From a virus, in IMG/VR virus record IMGVR_UViG_3300044736_000016, positions 32,001 through 96,000 of that record: a stretch of 64,000 nt of DNA, one strand, 5' to 3'. Each line of letters opens with the position of its first letter. Within the stretch, counting starts at the first letter, position 1. The position numbers were made by a program, and so were the translations under genes. Below the pieces are notes generated by a model, which saw nothing but the letters and a program-made list of their open reading frames with translations, was not told the origin of the DNA and ran no database searches. Of the stretch, positions 59,414-64,000 are shown piece after piece.

Positions 59414-59908
59414 ATGGCTGATGGTGGCGGCATGGTCGCGGCTCACACGGCGAAGCAGTCGCACGCCTATGTCATTCACTTCCCTCCGCATCCAGCGAGG
59501 ACCGACGACCCGCACTACAAGGACTTCGACCACTACCACCGGACGACCCGTGGCGCGGCGCGTTGCTACACGGGTGAGCGGGTCGGTTTTCAAGACTGCC
59601 GCGACGCTCAAGGCAACCCCTGCGCCATCGACGCTGCTGGTCAGCAGTCTGGCCTAGAGCTGCATCACGCCCACGTCGAGTTCGCGCTCCAGCAGGGCAT
59701 CAGCTTGGCGGCGCTCGAGCACGACTACCCCGGCATCAGCAACCCGGACGAGGTGGGGGCGTGGGTGGAGACAGCGGCTAACCTACGTTGGATCTGTGTA
59801 TTCCATCATCGCACCAATGCTGGCGGCGCGCATTCCGTATCACATTCGGATTGGGAAGGCAGTCTGTACGTTCGCGGGTTGACCGGAGACGTAGCGCCCA
59901 AGCCATGA
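59414..59908 (+). CDS. HNH-like His-rich protein, probably leaderless
   Basis: LELHHAHVE..NLRWICVFHHR..GAH; TAGCCT 7 nt upstream. Confidence 0.65.
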   Translation: MADGGGMVAAHTAKQSHAYVIHFPPHPARTDDPHYKDFDHYHRTTRGAARCYTGERVGFQDCRDAQGNPCAIDAAGQQSGLELHHAHVEFALQQGISLAALEHDYPGISNPDEVGAWVETAANLRWICVFHHRTNAGGAHSVSHSDWEGSLYVRGLTGDVAPKP

Positions 59909-59955
59909 GCGCCAAGATCGTCGCAGGCAGCGATGGTGGGCAGAGAGGGATCGGG

Positions 59956-60222
59956 ATGCCGCTCACGGATGACGAAGGCAGGGAGTTGCTCGCGACCGTA
60001 CGTACCCTGAGCGCTCGGCTCGATCAGTCCTTCGCCGACTTCAAGATGGAGGAGATCCCCAAGCGGCATAAGGCCAACCTTCCCTCCGTCCTCGACTGGT
60101 GGGATGGGCGTGCCGACCGAGGTGAGAAGTCGCGGTATCTCCTACCGCTCCTTGTGACGGCCATCTGCCCCGTCATCGGCGGTGTCATCGTGGCCATCAT
60201 CCTCAAGGCGCTCCACCTGTGA
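59956..60222 (+). CDS. Small protein with a C-terminal TM (lysis region)
   Basis: LPSVLDWW..TM; GAGGGA RBS. Confidence 0.6.
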   Translation: MPLTDDEGRELLATVRTLSARLDQSFADFKMEEIPKRHKANLPSVLDWWDGRADRGEKSRYLLPLLVTAICPVIGGVIVAIILKALHL

Positions 60223-60623
60223 TGAACAAGTCGCCACTGCGGGGTATGCCGTTCCTGCTCAAGGTCTATTACCACAAGATAGAACTGCTCTCGCTTTTGT
60301 TCACCATTCTGCTCGTCGTCGTCTTTTACATCTTGGCTCAGGAGGTGGTCGAGACGAGGCGGCAGGCTGGGGTCATCGCCGCCCAAGGTGTGCAGCAGAG
60401 GAAGGTGATGGAAGATGAGATCAGGTTCAACCGGTTCCTCATCGACAGAGAGACGGCGCGGACGGGGTCTGGCGGGCGGCAGGGACTCATCGACCAAGCC
60501 AACCTAGACAGGGCAGAGCTACGGCGGTTAGAGGCCGCGCTACGGGCCGCTGGGGTACGGCTGCCGCCCTCTGACGTGCTCGAGGGGCATCCTGCCAACC
60601 CGCCCCAACATGCACCGCCATGA
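60219..60623 (+). CDS. N-terminal TM, coiled-coil, Pro-tailed protein (lysis region)
   Basis: Single TM plus heptads. Confidence 0.65.
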   Translation: MMNKSPLRGMPFLLKVYYHKIELLSLLFTILLVVVFYILAQEVVETRRQAGVIAAQGVQQRKVMEDEIRFNRFLIDRETARTGSGGRQGLIDQANLDRAELRRLEAALRAAGVRLPPSDVLEGHPANPPQHAPP

Positions 60624-61834
60624 GTGCCCAAATCGTCGCTGACACTGACGGGCGCGTGATCTCGTGGGACGCTGAGGCAGCGCGGCTCTTGGGGTATCCG
60701 GCGGACGAGGTTGTCGGGCGTCTGCTCGGAGAGACGATCGTCCCCCCACAGCATCGTGACCAGTACGACCGTGGGCTGGATGACTTCCGAAAGACGGGCG
60801 CAGTGCGTTCGCTCGGGATGCGCTTGCAGGTTGATGCACTGCGCAAGGACGGCACCGTGATCCCGATCGACTTGCGGCTGACGAAACTCTCGGCCGATCC
60901 GCCAACTCTGCTCGTGCTCATCGACCCGCGAGCACCAGCCGACCAACCCGACCCATACACCGGCACCGAGCACCGTGACTACGCAGCAGACACCGAGGCA
61001 GCCCGTGCTGGTCGTGCTGAGGCGCTGGCTGGTGGTGTGACAGAGGTTGCGGCAGAGGTCGAGGCAGAGCGGGTGCAGCGCGCCAAGGGGCTCGCCGCTC
61101 AGTCTGAGCACAACGTTGCGGTGGCCGCCGCAGACGTGGAAGCGGAGCGACTGAGGATTGCTGCAAGTCTGGCCACGCAGTCCGCCCTGGGCGCTGCCTC
61201 GGCTGCTTCGATCTTGGAGGAGGAGCGCATCAAACGTGCAGTCGCCCTGGCTCTCGAATCCATCCGCGAGACGTCTGCCACGGCCGCCGGAGTTGAGGCA
61301 GAGCGGATCCACCGCGCCGAGACCTTGGCGGATCGTTCGGCACGGGGCGTGTCATCGGCAGCAGCAGACGTCGAGGAGGGCCGGGTAGAACGAGCCACGA
61401 AGCTCGCCGTCGAGGTGGAGCGTGCGAAGCTGAAAGCGGAGGGCGTGGCTGTGGCGGTGAACGGACTTACCACAGAGGTAACCGAACTACGAGGCGCCGC
61501 CGTGCGGATGGAAACGGCAGTACGGGAAATGAGCAGCCATCTTTCCGAGGTACTGAAGGCGACCGAAGCGCTGCACACCGGGTACGGCGTTGACGAGAGC
61601 ACCATGACGGACCGCTCGCGATTTCCATCCCTGCTGACATGGTGGGGGCGGATGACGACGGAGATCGTCCCAGGTACAGGCAAGACGCGGCTGGCGATAT
61701 TCGATGAGGTGATCGCCCAGCGCGCGAGCCGTATGCACGTCTCTACAAGCGGGCTCAAGGTGTTCGCCATCCTCACCCCATTCCTGTGCATCATCATCGG
61801 CGCAATTCTCACGTTTCTGCTCACTCGAAAATGA
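60620..61834 (+). CDS. PAS-domain, helical-repeat, C-terminal TM protein
   Basis: IVADTDGRVISWDAEAARLLGYPADEVVGR..ALRKDGTVIPIDLRL; six ~26-aa AADVEAER repeats; terminal TM. Confidence 0.85.
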   Translation: MSAQIVADTDGRVISWDAEAARLLGYPADEVVGRLLGETIVPPQHRDQYDRGLDDFRKTGAVRSLGMRLQVDALRKDGTVIPIDLRLTKLSADPPTLLVLIDPRAPADQPDPYTGTEHRDYAADTEAARAGRAEALAGGVTEVAAEVEAERVQRAKGLAAQSEHNVAVAAADVEAERLRIAASLATQSALGAASAASILEEERIKRAVALALESIRETSATAAGVEAERIHRAETLADRSARGVSSAAADVEEGRVERATKLAVEVERAKLKAEGVAVAVNGLTTEVTELRGAAVRMETAVREMSSHLSEVLKATEALHTGYGVDESTMTDRSRFPSLLTWWGRMTTEIVPGTGKTRLAIFDEVIAQRASRMHVSTSGLKVFAILTPFLCIIIGAILTFLLTRK

Positions 61835-62454
61835 CGACCTTACGCAGGATCTGGCAGTGGGCGTGGGGCTTGCGCCTCTATATCCTCGCTGCCTTGTTTG
61901 TAGCCCTAGTCATCGCCATGGCCGCATCGCTCGTGGGCTACGGGCAGCGACAGAACAGGCAGGATGCGCAGAGAGACCGAGACGAGGCTGCCGCGCGGGC
62001 GCAGATCGTCCGAATCACCGCAGACGAGGCGACGATCCAGACATTGGTCGACCAGAATCGAAGGTCAATCAACAACAACTCGGCCATGCTCGGGACCAGC
62101 AGGCTGGACATCAGCGATCTGCGCGCCATCATCGCGCAGACCAAGGACGAGGTCGTGCGCCAGCTCGATGGGCTCCCCAGCGTCGGGTTGCCTACGCCGA
62201 CTGACACCGTGGCTGCCAAGCTCATCGCGCTGCTGGACCGTCTGGACAAGCTCGACGCGATCGTGGCACGCCTCGATGCCCGCGTGGCCGCACTGGAGGC
62301 AGCCGCGTCCTCGGCTAGTGGCGAGCCCCGTCCCACGCCGACGGGAACGCCAGCACGCTCTCCACGGGCAGAGCCCGGACCACGCCCTGCGCCAGCGCCA
62401 GAGGAGCACTGCATCGTCCAGCATGTCGCTTTCTGTGCCAGCGCGAAGCCGTGA
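61831..62454 (+). CDS. N-terminal TM, long coiled-coil, Pro-rich protein with two terminal Cys (lysis accessory)
   Basis: Architecture and position. Confidence 0.65.
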   Translation: MTTLRRIWQWAWGLRLYILAALFVALVIAMAASLVGYGQRQNRQDAQRDRDEAAARAQIVRITADEATIQTLVDQNRRSINNNSAMLGTSRLDISDLRAIIAQTKDEVVRQLDGLPSVGLPTPTDTVAAKLIALLDRLDKLDAIVARLDARVAALEAAASSASGEPRPTPTGTPARSPRAEPGPRPAPAPEEHCIVQHVAFCASAKP

Positions 62455-62636
62455 ACATGAGAGAGCCCCGGTGGTTCGGCTATGCCGCTCTCGCGGGTGC
62501 TGCGGTTGTCCCGTAGCAGACGATCCTACCGAGGCTCCTTCGCCTCTCAGTATAGCGCACAGGTTGGGCATCTACGTGCCACGCCTAGCCTGCGTGGGTG
62601 GTGGCGTCAGTAGAGCGCTACGAGCGGAGGGCGGGC

Positions 62637-62879
62637 ATGGGGACACTGAATCCGAAGGTGAAGGGACAGACGATCGCGCACCTTGCCGTATGGACGGCGG
62701 CCACTCTTGGGATGGCATGGCTGCAGGGCGGCAAGGCGGCGATGCTCACGGCTGGGACTGGGCTTGTCGCTACGCTCATGGGGTTCGGTACGGGCTACCA
62801 GATCTCCTCGCCTGAGCCTGCAGCGAGTACGATCGCACTGCCGAGCGGCGGGTCGATCACCGAGGTTCCGCCGGGTTGA
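62637..62879 (+). CDS. Holin-like 2-TM protein
   Basis: LNPKV..two TMs..GY; GGAGG RBS. Confidence 0.65.
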   Translation: MGTLNPKVKGQTIAHLAVWTAATLGMAWLQGGKAAMLTAGTGLVATLMGFGTGYQISSPEPAASTIALPSGGSITEVPPG

Positions 62880-62887
62880 TGAGTACG

Positions 62888-63550
62888 CTACGAGCGTCGA
62901 CAGTCAGCGCACCACCTGAGCTTGCTGGTGCCCTGACCGTTGGGCTTGAACTTGGCGCCGCAGCCCTCGCAGAAATAGTCCGGATGCCGCCGACCGGAGG
63001 CATTGCGCTCGCGCAGGGCGCTGAGCCGTCCGTCCTCCTCCATATGGCAGCGTCGGCACCGCCAGACGACATTCGATGGAGAGTTGTCGAGGGTGTTTCC
63101 GTTCTTGTGGTGCCGATCGATGGCGCGTGCCCCGCAAGCACACACTGGCTCGACGTCTCGGTACAGCCTTCGTGCTCGCTGGTGTCCAGCGGGCATGGGA
63201 TGCACGGGTATTCGCTTGCGGGGACGCGGACCAGCCAGATAACAGGCGCGGCACTTGACAGCAGAACGGCTAGTGAGAGGAGAGCCGCAGGCGCAGAAAT
63301 GGTCTGCTGGCCTCCAGTAGGGTCTTTCGGGGGCCACGGGGCGGGCAGCCACGGCACAGGCGCGGCACCGATTAGCCTGCCGGGTGATCGGTTTCCCACA
63401 AGCACACCGACGTGTCGGGTGCTGGGCGGATCGTTCGGCCAGCCGCTGCCTACGCAACTCGTGGTAGCAGGCACTGCATCGTTCGGTTGTCAAGCGTCGG
63501 GTACGCAACGGATCACCACAGTCGATGCAGTGCCTGACTGTTCTAGCCAT
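62888..63550 (-). CDS. HNH endonuclease with multiple zinc ribbons, antisense and leaderless
   Basis: DRHHKNGNTLDNSPSNVVWRCRRCH; repeated CACG..CRAC; TGGTACCAT 6 nt before ATG 63550. Confidence 0.85.
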   Translation of the reverse strand: MARTVRHCIDCGDPLRTRRLTTERCSACYHELRRQRLAERSAQHPTRRCACGKPITRQANRCRACAVAARPVAPERPYWRPADHFCACGSPLTSRSAVKCRACYLAGPRPRKRIPVHPMPAGHQRARRLYRDVEPVCACGARAIDRHHKNGNTLDNSPSNVVWRCRRCHMEEDGRLSALRERNASGRRHPDYFCEGCGAKFKPNGQGTSKLRWCADCRRS

Positions 63551-63567
63551 GAAGGGATGGTACCACT

Positions 63568-64000
63568 TTGAGTGTGCTGCAACCCGCACTACTAACATGG
63601 CTGCAATTTTCAGAGCCTGGACCGGATCATTCCGAAAGTTGCGGGCAAAATGCAACCGCCTCGGCCCTCATCGGCGGTGGCCATCTTCCACCTAACGGCA
63701 ACGCTCCTATTACAGTGGATCGGTGGATGCAAGCGCAAGGCTATCCTGGCCTGTCGACCCAAGGCACGCAGACGAACTGGCTACAGGACGTCTTGGAACA
63801 CTTTGGCGGCACTCGTGGCCACGACCACGGTAACAACTTCGACGCCATTGTTCGCACGCTGGGCGCAGGTCGCTATGCCATCGTTCTGGTTGGCTCCGAT
63901 CACGTAGGGCATCCAGTACCCAACAACCAAGCCGTCACGGGGCACTGGGTCGCAGTCTATGGATACGACGGCACCAACTACCACATCGCCAACAGCGGCT
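63568..64000 (+). CDS. C39-like cysteine peptidase, endolysin candidate (3' end outside the window)
   Basis: Manual translation from TTG 63568/GTG 63574: WLQF..ESCGQNATA..GT..GHWVAVYGYDG..IANS; not in the ORF track. Confidence 0.75.
   Translation, partial: MSVLQPALLTWLQFSEPGPDHSESCGQNATASALIGGGHLPPNGNAPITVDRWMQAQGYPGLSTQGTQTNWLQDVLEHFGGTRGHDHGNNFDAIVRTLGAGRYAIVLVGSDHVGHPVPNNQAVTGHWVAVYGYDGTNYHIANSG

Larger units (their letters stand above)
1..64000. mobile_element. Tailed phage/prophage genome segment (siphovirus-like, Mu-type head genes)
   Basis: Ordered terminase, portal, head protein, protease, capsid, tail tube, chaperone, tape measure and lysis genes, with dense overlapping small ORFs. 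No boundary is visible in the window. Confidence 0.93.

Noticed and set aside
1-64000. CRISPR array, tRNA, integrase/att sites, DGR or retron
   Set aside because: I saw no spaced direct repeats, cloverleaf, recombinase or reverse transcriptase by eye. Such elements may lie outside the window.

Overview
The whole window looks like one GC-rich tailed phage or prophage with siphovirus-type organisation. The host is probably monoderm (Actinomycetota/Chloroflexota-like), inferred from leaderless TAnnnT promoters, a sortase-like gene and actinobacterial-type small proteins. Layout: (i) 1-7.3 kb, a leftward operon with two FtsK-family ATPases, each linked to a His-Me nuclease (an HNH domain fused in frame to a membrane-anchored FtsK running off the left edge, and an endonuclease VII that shares a C-terminal domain with the second ATPase); (ii) 7.6-18 kb, ParB-like gene, small terminase, a large terminase split into two genes, DUF935-type portal and Mu gpF-like head protein; (iii) 18-22.7 kb, a glycosyltransferase/methyltransferase/epimerase cluster; (iv) 23.3-30.6 kb, an antisense block of small genes containing an orphan zf-HC2 anti-sigma-like gene and a ~650-nt highly structured non-coding region; (v) 30.7-58.7 kb, protease/scaffold, capsid, giant Ala/Gly/Ser/Thr 20-aa repeat proteins, SGNH hydrolases, head-tail genes, tail tube, frameshifting chaperone, tape measure and tail-tip genes; (vi) 58.7-64 kb, an antisense sortase-like gene and a lysis region with a PAS-domain membrane protein, a holin-like gene, an antisense HNH and a C39-peptidase endolysin candidate cut by the right edge. 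I found no integrase, att site, tRNA or CRISPR array. All assignments come from motif recognition by eye; no database searches were run.
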